28,589 bases of DNA from Clostridia bacterium (GCA_045533905.1 JAZSIR010000018.1:1-28589); one strand, 5' to 3'. Positions 9,037-17,853 are shown, counted from the stretch's first letter. Notes: a model not told the origin generated them from the letters alone. Made by a program: numbers and translations.

Positions 9037-9834
9037 TTACAACATTTGTCGCTTACGTGCCCGATAGTTTTGCGGAGATGCTTTTACTTTCGAAGAAAAA
9101 ACCTTGGAGAATGCAAGGCTATCGTTATATCCGACGGAATTGGCGATTTCGCCGATAGACATTTCTGTTTCAAACAGCAATTTCTTTGCATGCTTTATTT
9201 TCTGTGCTACAATATACTGTTTTGTGGACATATTGAACTTCGCGCTGAAAAGTTTATACAAATACGGCTGGCTTACTCCCAGCAGCCGCGCCAATTCTTC
9301 CACGGTTATTTTTTTACCCACATTGGTTTCTATATATTCCATGCAAAAATCTATATATATTTCGGAATTTGGTTTGTTTCGCAATGGCGTATATGTATGG
9401 CTGTTTACAATATGCAAAAATTTTTCCAGCATTTTTAGGGCATCAACCACTTGATTATTTGCCGATATGATTTCATTCGCAAGTTTTCTTACTTCCGCAA
9501 CAGCGTCATAGTTGAAAATCAAAGTTTCCGCATCCGCGTTATATCGGCTGAAAATTTCTTCCATCTTACTATCAGAAGAGATAATCCATAAGAATTCCCA
9601 TGGATTTTCCATATCGGCATGATATTCTTCATGGCACCCCGGGGTAATCAAAAAGCCTTGTCCCTCCTCTACGGGCCTTCCGTTATAATATCCTTTTCCC
9701 TTCGTTATATAGTGAATAATATATAAATTTCTTTGCCCGGGGCCAAAGTGCGTGACGGCAGTATTGGTAGCAAAGCCAATACTGCTTATTTTCAGCGGCG
9801 CCACATTCTGATCGGAAAAAAATTGATAGCGCAT
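9037..9834 (-). CDS. AraC-family transcriptional regulator
   Basis: N-terminal cupin (YIIHYITKGKG...FLITPG) and C-terminal double HTH (ITVEELARLLGVSQPYL; IGEIANSVGYNDSLAFSKVF). ATG 9834 with AGGAGG at 9846-9841. Confidence 0.93.
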   Translation of the reverse strand: MRYQFFSDQNVAPLKISSIGFATNTAVTHFGPGQRNLYIIHYITKGKGYYNGRPVEEGQGFLITPGCHEEYHADMENPWEFLWIISSDSKMEEIFSRYNADAETLIFNYDAVAEVRKLANEIISANNQVVDALKMLEKFLHIVNSHTYTPLRNKPNSEIYIDFCMEYIETNVGKKITVEELARLLGVSQPYLYKLFSAKFNMSTKQYIVAQKIKHAKKLLFETEMSIGEIANSVGYNDSLAFSKVFSSKVKASPQNYRARKRQML

Positions 9835-9857
9835 AAGCACCCTCCTCACTTATTATG

Positions 9858-9916
9858 ATTTTACCATATCGAGTATGGGTTTGTCAATTTACAAAACGCA
9901 TATTTGACTATATACT
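9858..9916. promoter_or_regulatory. Back-to-back promoters for araC (-) and the GRE operon (+)
   Basis: Minus strand TTGACA (9887-9882), 18 bp, TAAAAT (9863-9858) with TGG. Plus strand TTTACA (9888-9893), 17 bp, TATACT (9911-9916). Confidence 0.65.
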
Positions 9917-9942
9917 TAAAAACAAAGAAGGAGGTATTTGCG

Positions 9943-11919
9943 ATGATTGCAGAAAGATTTAAGCGCATAGGTGAATATGGTGCTGCCGGTATGTATGAGG
10001 AGCCGGAAAGAAGCCTTTTTTACAGAAAAGCGCTGGGCATACGAAGATTTTATGAAAACTGCGCCCTCCCTTGTTATAATGGCGAGCTTTTGTATCCGTC
10101 CGGTGCATTTCCGAATAAAATGCTTGTGTTTCCGTACTATGAAAAAGGGATGCATATGAACGCTGCTTTGCGCGAAAAAGACGAGGAACTGGCAGAAATA
10201 GTAGCTTCGGAATTTTACAGATACCGTTCTTCTGTGCCGGCGGAACATACCGTTGCCGGCAATATGTATATCCACTCTATGCCGAATTACGAACGCATCC
10301 TGAAGGAAGGCTTGTTATCGTACGGCCAAAGGATAGAAAAGATAAAAGACAAGGATATGCGCGAAGGCCTTTTGCATGTGCTCGGCGGAATACAAAATTA
10401 TGTAAATCGCTGTGTGCAATATCTGAAAGCAGCAGGCGCAGAAGACAGCCTGATTCGCGCCCTTGAGAAGGTTCCGCTGCATCCGGCCGAAACAATATAT
10501 GAGGCAATTGTGGCGTGGAATTTTATTCTCTATCTTGACAACTGTGATAATCTTGGATGTATAGCGTCCGGCCTTTATCCGTATTACAAGGGCGAGGATG
10601 TTACGGCTCTCCTTGCAAATTTATATGATAATTTGGATGCAAATAATGGGTATTCTATGGCTCTTGGCGTAGACTATACGCCGCTTACGTTGCAATGTCT
10701 GGAAGCCTCCAAAGGGAAAAGGCGGCCGATGATCGAGCTTTTCGTAAACGAAAACACACCCGATGCCGTGTGGGAAAAAGCTTTTGAAGTCATTAAAACC
10801 CTTAACGGGCAACCGGCTTTTTACAACGAAACCGCCATACTGTGCGGGCTGAAGTCCAGATTCCCCATTATTACAGATGAAGATTTAAAAAAATTTTGCG
10901 GCGGCGGCTGCACAGAAACAATGCTCGCAGGCCTTTCGTGTGTCGGCTCGCTGGATGCAGGCATAAATCTTCTTTTAATTTTAGAAGATGTCATGTACGC
11001 AAAACTGGAAGCTTCAAAAACCTTTGCCGATTTCTATGCCCACTATATTTCCGAAGTGAAACGTGTTGTCAATACCGTAACAACAGAAATCAGCAATTCG
11101 CAAAGAGAGCGCGCCAAGCATTGTCCTGTGCCCATGCGCACACTTTTAATTGATGATTGCATTGATTCAGGCACAGAATATACTGCGGGCGGCGCGCGAT
11201 ACAAGTGGAGCATTGTCAATTTTGCCGGCATGATAAATGTTATTGATGCCATGCTTGTAATACGAGATTTTGTGTTCGAACAAAAGCGTTTTGATAAGGC
11301 AGATTTTCTCGCCCTCCTCAGAGAAAATGACAAAGCATTTTTAACTACGGCAAGAAATCACGCCATAGCATATGGCAAAGACAACGCGGATGCAAACGCC
11401 TTCACGGACACAATTTCCGCAGATATTTTCTCGCTGCTCGACGATAAAAAGCCGTACATAGGTGAAGGTTTTTTGCCGTGTGCCATTCAGTTTCAGTCGC
11501 AGGCCATGGCCGGCAAGCAAATTGGCGCAACCCCTGATGGCAGAGAGGCCGGTGCCCCGCTTTGCGATTCTCTGGCCGCCATCTTCGGCAAGGACACCGA
11601 GGGACCTACCGCACTATTAAAAAGCGTTACCTCTCTTAATCTGGGGAGAGCATTGGGAACGCCGGTACTGAGTTTCAATGTAAATCCGGATTTTAAGAGC
11701 GCCACATTAAAAGCGCTTATTTTGGGGTATATGCAACTCGGCGGCCTTCAGATGCAGATTACATGTACATCCATACAAACACTGCTTGAGGCGTATGAAA
11801 ACCCCAATATGCACAAAAATTTAGTGGTACGCGTTGGCGGATACTCTGAATATTTTCAGGCTCTGTCGGATGACATGAAGAAAATGATTATTAATCGCAC
11901 AATTCAAAAGATGGAGTGA
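9943..11919 (+). CDS. Glycyl radical enzyme (PFL-like superfamily), substrate unknown, 658 aa
   Basis: C-terminal glycyl radical loop LVVRVGGYSEYF, active-site Cys loop FCGGGCTE, GATPDGR.AG.PL.DS and GPTALLKSV motifs. ATG 9943 with AAGGAGG. Activase gene adjacent. Confidence 0.92.
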   Translation: MIAERFKRIGEYGAAGMYEEPERSLFYRKALGIRRFYENCALPCYNGELLYPSGAFPNKMLVFPYYEKGMHMNAALREKDEELAEIVASEFYRYRSSVPAEHTVAGNMYIHSMPNYERILKEGLLSYGQRIEKIKDKDMREGLLHVLGGIQNYVNRCVQYLKAAGAEDSLIRALEKVPLHPAETIYEAIVAWNFILYLDNCDNLGCIASGLYPYYKGEDVTALLANLYDNLDANNGYSMALGVDYTPLTLQCLEASKGKRRPMIELFVNENTPDAVWEKAFEVIKTLNGQPAFYNETAILCGLKSRFPIITDEDLKKFCGGGCTETMLAGLSCVGSLDAGINLLLILEDVMYAKLEASKTFADFYAHYISEVKRVVNTVTTEISNSQRERAKHCPVPMRTLLIDDCIDSGTEYTAGGARYKWSIVNFAGMINVIDAMLVIRDFVFEQKRFDKADFLALLRENDKAFLTTARNHAIAYGKDNADANAFTDTISADIFSLLDDKKPYIGEGFLPCAIQFQSQAMAGKQIGATPDGREAGAPLCDSLAAIFGKDTEGPTALLKSVTSLNLGRALGTPVLSFNVNPDFKSATLKALILGYMQLGGLQMQITCTSIQTLLEAYENPNMHKNLVVRVGGYSEYFQALSDDMKKMIINRTIQKME

Positions 11920-11923
11920 GCAT

Positions 11924-12793
11924 ATGCAAGGTACTATTATAAAAATTTCCCGTTTTTGTACCGATGACGGTCCAGGGATCCGCACCGTAGTTTTTTTGAA
12001 GGGTTGTCCGCTTCGCTGTGCGTGGTGTCACAATCCCGAGTCGCAAAAGAAAACGCCTGAAAATATGTACGATAGCAAAAAATGTGTGCATTGCAAGGGT
12101 TGCGCCCGCGTTTGCAAAAGCGGTTGTCATACATTTTCGGAAAATACACACACCTTTCATGCCGAAAAATGCACCGCTTGCGGAAAATGCAGTTTGGTAT
12201 GTCCGACGAAGGCAATGACCTTCGTCGGCACTCCCGTCACAGACGATGAAATATGGGAAGAAATTCAAAAAGACCTCGTTTTTTATAAGACTTCCGGCGG
12301 CGGCGTGACCATATCCGGCGGTGAGCCCCTGTATCAGCCCGAATTTACCAGAGAAATTTTAAAAAAGTGCCGCGAAAATGGCATACATACCGCCATTGAA
12401 ACGAGCGGGTTTGCTCCCGCGGCGGCCGTAAAATCTGTTTTGGCGTATTGCGATTTGGTTTTATTTGACATAAAGGAAACCGATGCAGAAAATCATAAAA
12501 AATACACAGGCGTTTCATCGGGGCGCATACTCGAAAATCTAAAGCTTATCAATGAATTACGCATTCCTTTCATACTCCGTTTGCCGATTATCCCCGGCAT
12601 AAACGCCCGTGAAGAACACTTCCGTGCAGTAAAAAGGATAGCGGAAAGTATGCAATTTTGTAAAGGCACGGAAGTGATGCCGTACCATATTCTCGGTGCA
12701 TATAAATATGAACTTTTGCAAACGGAATATGCATGTGCCGGCATCCCGGAGCCTGATGATATGACCATCTTAAAATGGAAAAGTTTAGTATGA
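11924..12793 (+). CDS. Glycyl-radical enzyme activating protein (radical SAM) with ferredoxin-like insert
   Basis: DGPGIRTVVFLKGCPLRCAWCHNPES (CxxxCxxC), two CxxCxxCxxxC motifs, GGGVTISGGEP, IHTAIETSG. Confidence 0.95.
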   Translation: MQGTIIKISRFCTDDGPGIRTVVFLKGCPLRCAWCHNPESQKKTPENMYDSKKCVHCKGCARVCKSGCHTFSENTHTFHAEKCTACGKCSLVCPTKAMTFVGTPVTDDEIWEEIQKDLVFYKTSGGGVTISGGEPLYQPEFTREILKKCRENGIHTAIETSGFAPAAAVKSVLAYCDLVLFDIKETDAENHKKYTGVSSGRILENLKLINELRIPFILRLPIIPGINAREEHFRAVKRIAESMQFCKGTEVMPYHILGAYKYELLQTEYACAGIPEPDDMTILKWKSLV

Positions 12794-12798
12794 TATCC

Positions 12799-12834
12799 AT
12801 AGAAAAGGCAGAAACGATTTCGTTTCTGCCTTTT
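12799..12834. repeat. 36 bp palindrome, copy 2 (bidirectional terminator-like; right boundary of GRE cassette)
   Basis: ATAGAAAAGGCAGAAACGATTTCGTTTCTGCCTTTT is the exact reverse complement of 8985-9020. Confidence 0.9.
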
Positions 12835-12836
12835 TG

Positions 12837-13595
12837 TTATAGCCGGAATAATTTTTTGGTGTTTTCTTTTGTGACCGCCGCGATTTCTTCGAGCGTCTCG
12901 CCGCGGATTTCTGCAATTCTCTCTGCCGTGTACACGAGATTATGCGAAGAATTTCGCTTGCCGCGGCACGGCACCGGTGAAAGGTACGGGCAATCGGTTT
13001 CGAGAAGAAGCCTCTCTATGGGAACCTCGCGCGCAACATCTACCGCGTTTTTCGCGTTTTTATAGGTAACCACGCCGCCAAGGGCAACATACAGCCCCTG
13101 CCGCACCACTTCGCGCATAAACTCTACGCTACCCGAAAAGCAGTGCATCACGCCACACGTGATGCCTTCTTCTTTTAAGATGGAAAGGCAATCTCCATGC
13201 GCATCTCTATCGTGAATGACCACAGGCTTCCCCATCTCGCGCGCAAGGCGAAGCTGTGCACGAAAGGCCGTTTTTTGCACCTCACGCGGTACATCGTCGT
13301 AATAATAATCGAGGCCAATCTCGCCAATGGCTACCGCCTTTTCGTTTTCTGCCATCACGCGAAGGCGCGAGACGGCGTCCCCTTCTATCTCGGCCGCGTT
13401 TTCAGGATGCACCCCTACCGCAGCATAGATAAACGGGTACTTTTCCGCCATTTCAAGGCATATGCGGCTTGCCCGAAGGCTATCGCCAATATTTATGACC
13501 GTCTCAATGCCGTTTTCGGGAAGACCCGCGAGAAGGATTTCCCTATCCTCATCAAAAGCATGGTCGTTATAATGCGCGTGTGAATCAATAAACAT
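12837..13595 (-). CDS. tatD: TatD-family deoxyribonuclease
   Basis: Motifs FIDSHAH, AAVGVHP, AIGEIGLDYY, VIHDRDA, VMHCFSG, LLETDCPYLSP. The start overlaps the metG stop (TAATG). Confidence 0.93.
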   Translation of the reverse strand: MFIDSHAHYNDHAFDEDREILLAGLPENGIETVINIGDSLRASRICLEMAEKYPFIYAAVGVHPENAAEIEGDAVSRLRVMAENEKAVAIGEIGLDYYYDDVPREVQKTAFRAQLRLAREMGKPVVIHDRDAHGDCLSILKEEGITCGVMHCFSGSVEFMREVVRQGLYVALGGVVTYKNAKNAVDVAREVPIERLLLETDCPYLSPVPCRGKRNSSHNLVYTAERIAEIRGETLEEIAAVTKENTKKLFRL

Positions 13596-15517
13596 TAGCT
13601 GATTTCCGCCCCTGCCGGCATATCGCCCTCTACCGTGAGAAGCGAAAGCTTGCCTTCGCTTTCGGCGCAAAGGAGCATGCCTTCGCTCATAATGCCGCGA
13701 AGCTTTGCAGGCTTTAAGTTTTTAAGAAGCACAACCTTTTTGCCGACCATATCCTCGGCGCTGTAGGCGCTTCGGATGCCGGAAACAACGGTGCGCTCGC
13801 CGTCACCCGTGGAAACGGTCAGCTTTAAAAGCTTATCCGAGCCTTTTACTTCTTCTGCCGCCAAAACGGAAGCGACGCAAAAACTGCACTTTGCAAAATC
13901 TTCAATTGTGATTTCTGCCTTTTCGGGCTTCGGCTCTTCTTTTTTCTCTTCCTTGACGGGGCGAAGTGCTGCGAGTGCTTCAAGTTCCTTTTCCATATCG
14001 ATACGCGGGAAGAGTACGTCCGCCTTCGCCATCTGCGCGCAAAGCGGCAATGCGCCCCAGGTTTTTGCGCTTTCCCACGTTACTTCTTTCGTTACAAGAC
14101 CAAGCTGCGCGAAAATCTTGTCGGATATTTCGGGCATGAAAGGCATAAGAAGAACGGCGATGGTGCGTACGCTCTCTAAAAGGTTATATAAAACTGTGGC
14201 AAGACGCGCCTTTTTCGCTTCGTCTTTTGCGAGTGCCCACGGCATCGTTTCGTCAATATATTTATTCGTTCTCGAAACCAGTGTCCAGATTTCGGAAAGC
14301 GCGGTCGAGAAATTATAGCTTTCAAGCGCGGCTTCCGCCTTTTCGGCCGCCGTCTTTGCGGTGGCAATAAGGCTATCGTCAGGTTCCCCTGCCTCGCGCA
14401 TTTCCGGAAGTGTGCCGCCGAAATATTTATCGAGCATAGCCGCGGTGCGGCTTACGAGGTTGCCAAGGTCATTGGCAAGGTCGGCATTGATGCGCGAGAT
14501 AAGCGCTTCGTTCGAAAACTCGCTGTCCGCACCGTACGGCATTTCGCGAAGCACGAAATAGCGAAGGGCATCTACGCCGTATTTTTCAGAAAGAATTACG
14601 GGGTCAATTACATTGCCCGAGGATTTCGAAATTTTGCCGCCATCGAGAAGCATCCAGCCGTGTCCCACTACCTTTTTCGGGAGCGGCAGGTCAAGTGCCA
14701 TCAAAATGGCAGGCCAAATAATCGTATGGAAGCGCACGATTTCCTTTGCCATGAGGTGTACATCTGCTGGCCAGTACTTCTTAAAGTCGGCATCGTCGTC
14801 AGAAAAGGCTCCCATAGCCGTGATGTAGTTCGAAAGTGCATCGAGCCACACGTATACAATATGCCCTTCGTCAAATTCCACCGGTACGCCCCACGTAAAG
14901 CTTGTACGGGAAACGCAAAGGTCAGAAAGACCGGGACGGAGGAAGTTATTGATCATCTCGTTCCGTCTTGTAGCCGGCTCTAAAAATTCTGTGTTTTCAA
15001 TCAGGTCAATGAGTTTATCCTGATACTTAGAAAGACGGAAGAAGTAGCTTTCCTCTCTCGTTTTTTCTACCGGGCGGCCACAATCGGGGCACTTGCCGTC
15101 CACAAGCTGATGCTCCGTCCAAAACGATTCGCACGGCGTGCAGTAAAGGCCTTCATATTCGTCCTTATAAATATCGCCCTTATCATAAAGCGTTTTGAAA
15201 ATCTTCTGCACCGCCTGCACGTGCTGCTCGTCCGTTGTGCGGATGAAGCGGTCATTCGATATATTCATAAGCTTCCAAAGGTCACGAACGCCTGCCACGA
15301 TTTCATCTACATATTCCTTTGGGGTTTTGCCCTTTGCCTCGGCGGCACGCTGAATTTTCTGCCCGTGCTCGTCCGTACCGGTTAAAAACATAACATCATA
15401 CCCACGCAGTCTCTTATACCGCGCTACCGCATCGGCCGCCACGGTTGTATATGTATGGCCGATATGGAGATTTGCGCTCGGATAATAAATGGGGGTTGTG
15501 ATATAAAATTTTTCCAT
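13595..15517 (-). CDS. metG: Methionine--tRNA ligase with C-terminal tRNA-binding domain
   Basis: YITTPIYY, HIGH, TGTDEHG, Zn knuckle CTPC..CPDC, YVWLDAL, KISKS, C-terminal NLKPAKLRGIMSEGM. ATG 15517 with AAAGGA. Confidence 0.97.
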   Translation of the reverse strand: MEKFYITTPIYYPSANLHIGHTYTTVAADAVARYKRLRGYDVMFLTGTDEHGQKIQRAAEAKGKTPKEYVDEIVAGVRDLWKLMNISNDRFIRTTDEQHVQAVQKIFKTLYDKGDIYKDEYEGLYCTPCESFWTEHQLVDGKCPDCGRPVEKTREESYFFRLSKYQDKLIDLIENTEFLEPATRRNEMINNFLRPGLSDLCVSRTSFTWGVPVEFDEGHIVYVWLDALSNYITAMGAFSDDDADFKKYWPADVHLMAKEIVRFHTIIWPAILMALDLPLPKKVVGHGWMLLDGGKISKSSGNVIDPVILSEKYGVDALRYFVLREMPYGADSEFSNEALISRINADLANDLGNLVSRTAAMLDKYFGGTLPEMREAGEPDDSLIATAKTAAEKAEAALESYNFSTALSEIWTLVSRTNKYIDETMPWALAKDEAKKARLATVLYNLLESVRTIAVLLMPFMPEISDKIFAQLGLVTKEVTWESAKTWGALPLCAQMAKADVLFPRIDMEKELEALAALRPVKEEKKEEPKPEKAEITIEDFAKCSFCVASVLAAEEVKGSDKLLKLTVSTGDGERTVVSGIRSAYSAEDMVGKKVVLLKNLKPAKLRGIMSEGMLLCAESEGKLSLLTVEGDMPAGAEIS

Positions 15518-15550
15518 AAAATCCGTCCTTTCGATATACGCTATCACTTT

Positions 15551-15625
15551 ATTATACCCCGTTTTTCCCCATTTGTAAAGAAGTTTTTCAAAATGCTTGA
15601 CTTTCCTTTTCCCTTTTTATATAAT
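15551..15625. promoter_or_regulatory. Divergent sigmaA-type promoters for metG (-) and the SGNH hydrolase (+)
   Basis: Minus strand TTTACA (15579-15574), 17 bp, TATAAT (15556-15551). Plus strand TTGACT (15597-15602), 17 bp, TATAAT (15620-15625). Confidence 0.8.
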
Positions 15626-15655
15626 GGGGAAAAACAGAAGGGATTTGACATAGAT

Positions 15656-16282
15656 ATGGCACTTACACACGGTGATTTAATTTTATTTTTGGGCGACAGC
15701 ATTACCGACTGCGGGCGTTCACGCGAAAACACGGCCGACCTTGGCCCGGGCTATCCCCGCCTCGCCGCGAGCGCGCTTTCCGTCCTGCGGGCGGACCTTT
15801 CGCTCAGATTTTTAAACCGCGGCATCTCGGGCGACCGCACGATTGATGTATTAAACCGCCTTGAGGAAGATTGTCTCTCGCTCCGCCCTGCGCTTTTATC
15901 CATTCTTCTCGGGATTAACGATGTCTGGCACCGCGGGGAAAATCACGGCTGTACCGATGAGGAGCTCGAGGAAAACTATACGAAGATTTTAACGCGCGTG
16001 CGCGAGGCACTCGGCGACATTCCGATTATTATGATTGAGCCGTATCTTACACCTGACCACACGACGAAAATGACGCGCGAGGAAGTTGACCGCATTCTGC
16101 CCATCATTCGCCGCCTCGCAGAAAAGTTTGACGCGGTGCTCATTCCGCTCGATTCTCTCCTCGCCAAAGCTTCGGATGCTTTCCCGCCGCTTACGCTCAC
16201 AGAAGAAGGCGTGCATCCCACGCCCGAAGGCCACGGCATTATCGCAAAGCACTGGCTCGACGCCGCTTTACCACTTCTTTAA
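15656..16282 (+). CDS. SGNH/GDSL hydrolase
   Basis: Blocks FLGDSITD, NRGISG, LLGIND, EGVHP. ATG 15656 lies just downstream of the promoter; the ORF-track extension overlaps metG. Confidence 0.9.
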   Translation: MALTHGDLILFLGDSITDCGRSRENTADLGPGYPRLAASALSVLRADLSLRFLNRGISGDRTIDVLNRLEEDCLSLRPALLSILLGINDVWHRGENHGCTDEELEENYTKILTRVREALGDIPIIMIEPYLTPDHTTKMTREEVDRILPIIRRLAEKFDAVLIPLDSLLAKASDAFPPLTLTEEGVHPTPEGHGIIAKHWLDAALPLL

Positions 16283-16295
16283 TATGCAAAACAGC

Positions 16296-16324
16296 AGGGG
16301 CGCTCCAAAAGGAGTGCCCCTTTT
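16296..16324 (+). terminator. Intrinsic terminator
   Basis: GGGGCGCTCC-AAAA-GGAGTGCCCC followed by TTTT. Confidence 0.8.
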
Positions 16325-16348
16325 ATGGTGCACATAGGAACCTTTGTC

Positions 16349-16366
16349 CATATAGTCTCATACACT
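16349..16366 (+). promoter_or_regulatory. Possible mother-cell (sigmaE/sigmaK-type) -10 elements for cotJ
   Basis: CATATAGT (16349-16356) and CATACACT (16359-16366) fit CATAnnnT, and cotJ is sigmaE-dependent in Bacillus. The -35 is not clearly identifiable. Confidence 0.45.
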
Positions 16367-16409
16367 ATATTGTAAAACCTTGTAAGGTTTTGACAGAAAG
16401 GAGCCAATT

Positions 16410-16622
16410 ATGGTAAATCGTGAACTTTGCGGCACTATGCCGGAAAATCCCATTTTGGCATATGCCTATGTTCCTATGCAGGAATGGGGCGAGACATACT
16501 CGCCCGGAGAAGGCCTCCGCCGCGGCACACTCTTTCCGAATCTCGACAAGCCGCTCGGCGTTTACGGCCGAGACCTCTGCAAAAAATGTAATAACGAGGA
16601 GGTAATGTGCTGTGACATCTGA
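16410..16622 (+). CDS. cotJA: Spore coat associated protein CotJA
   Basis: LAYAYVPMQEW..Y...EGL.RGTLFP.LDKP. RBS AAAGGAG. Confidence 0.9.
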   Translation: MVNRELCGTMPENPILAYAYVPMQEWGETYSPGEGLRRGTLFPNLDKPLGVYGRDLCKKCNNEEVMCCDI

Positions 16623-16866
16623 AACAAAAACAAGAAGCGAAATGATGCGCGCCGTGATGGAAGCAGACTTCGCCGCCTATGATTTGCAGCTGTATCTCGA
16701 CACGCACCCCACTGACGCGAAGGCACTCGCCATGTACAGCGACGTGGTACGCCGCGCCGCCGATGCAAAGCGTGCCTACGAAGCCGCCTATGGGCCGATT
16801 ACGCCCGATGCGGCCGCCGGCAAACGGGAATGGACATGGATTCGCTCTCCATGGCCGTGGGAGTAA
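16612..16866 (+). CDS. cotJB: Spore coat protein CotJB
   Basis: FAAYDLQLYLDTHP, YE..YGPIT, W.W...PWPWE. GTG start with GAGGAGG. Confidence 0.92.
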   Translation: MTSETKTRSEMMRAVMEADFAAYDLQLYLDTHPTDAKALAMYSDVVRRAADAKRAYEAAYGPITPDAAAGKREWTWIRSPWPWE

Positions 16867-16878
16867 AGGAGAAAGTAT

Positions 16879-17478
16879 ATGTGGAATTATCAGAAAAAAC
16901 TACAGTACCCGATTAAAATCAAAAACACAAACCCGAAGCTTGCCAAGTATATCATGAGCCAGTACGGCGGACCGGACGGCGAGCTCGGCGCCTCGCTCCG
17001 CTATCTCTCGCAGCGTTTTTCCATGCCGGATGACGTTACAAAGGGGCTTTTAAATGACATTGGCACAGAAGAACTTGCGCATCTCGAAATGATTGGTACC
17101 ATCATTCATCAGCTCACGCGAAATCTCACCCCTGAGGAAGCGGACAAAAAAGGCTTTGGCGATTATTATGTAGACCATAATGTTGCCGTATACCCCGCTT
17201 CGGCGGCAGGCGTGCCGTTTACGGCCGCTTATGTGCAGAGTAAAGCCGATGTTCTTGCCGACCTTTCCGAAGATATGGCCGCAGAGCAGAAAGCACGCGC
17301 CACGTACGACAACATTCTCAGGATGTGCGACGACCCGGATGTAGCGGACGTAATTAAGTATCTCCGTGCGCGCGAGGTGGTACACTTCCAGCGTTTCGGT
17401 GAGGCGATGCGCCGCGTGCAGGACGGGCAATGCGAAAAGAGCGAGATCTACCTGCCGGGATATAAATATACGAAATAA
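16879..17478 (+). CDS. cotJC: Spore coat manganese catalase-family protein CotJC
   Basis: MWNYQKKLQYP, QYGGPDGEL, DIGTEELAHLE, AAEQKAR, REVVHFQRFGE. Confidence 0.95.
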   Translation: MWNYQKKLQYPIKIKNTNPKLAKYIMSQYGGPDGELGASLRYLSQRFSMPDDVTKGLLNDIGTEELAHLEMIGTIIHQLTRNLTPEEADKKGFGDYYVDHNVAVYPASAAGVPFTAAYVQSKADVLADLSEDMAAEQKARATYDNILRMCDDPDVADVIKYLRAREVVHFQRFGEAMRRVQDGQCEKSEIYLPGYKYTK

Positions 17479-17480
17479 GG

Positions 17481-17510
17481 AAAAAAGCGGCTGCATCGCA
17501 GCCGCTTTTT
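17481..17510. terminator. Bidirectional intrinsic terminator
   Basis: AAAAAGCGGCTGC-ATC-GCAGCCGCTTTTT between convergent units. Confidence 0.85.
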
Positions 17511-17551
17511 CATATACGCTTCACATTTTATACTTTTCACATCCCGTGGCC

Positions 17552-17818
17552 TCATTTCAATCCCCAAAACCGGATCAATGCAGGCGCATCAGGCGCTACC
17601 GGATTTTCGATGATTTCTACACTTTCGTCCATCGAAAAGGCCGGAAAGGCCATTTCCGCAGTCTGACTTTGGGGGCGCTGATGCCCCGGCCAGCGGCGAT
17701 TTATGGGGTGGGCCGATACACGGGCCGTGTGCAGGCCTACCGCTTTCCCTTGTATTTTAACCGTATACGCTTTGTCGCAAAGTTCTGCGGCATCATATGG
17801 ATATACTCTGAATCCCAT
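17552..17818 (-). pseudogene. Truncated paralog of the N-terminal domain of the GH28-like gene (88 aa)
   Basis: AYTVKIQGKAVGLHTARVSAHPINRRWPGHQRPQSQT aligns with DYKVFIGEEEIPVYTCRISRIPFNRIWPGHQRELDQT of 19415..20917. ATG 17818 has GAGGG upstream. The catalytic beta-helix is absent. Confidence 0.65.
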
Positions 17819-17853
17819 ATGCATTTTTCCCTCGTAAGTTTGTTCTTTTCGGT

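Noticed and set aside
9943-11919. Calling the GRE pflB, cutC or hypD
   Set aside because: There is no Cys-Cys pair, and length, Cys loop and gene context do not match, so no symbol was assigned.
8983-12834. Twin 36 bp repeats as CRISPR repeats
   Set aside because: Only two copies 3.8 kb apart, with no spacer-sized periodicity and no cas genes.
13596-13670. N-terminal extension of tatD in the ORF track
   Set aside because: It overlaps the metG 3' end. The family start MFIDSHAH with TAATG coupling fits better.
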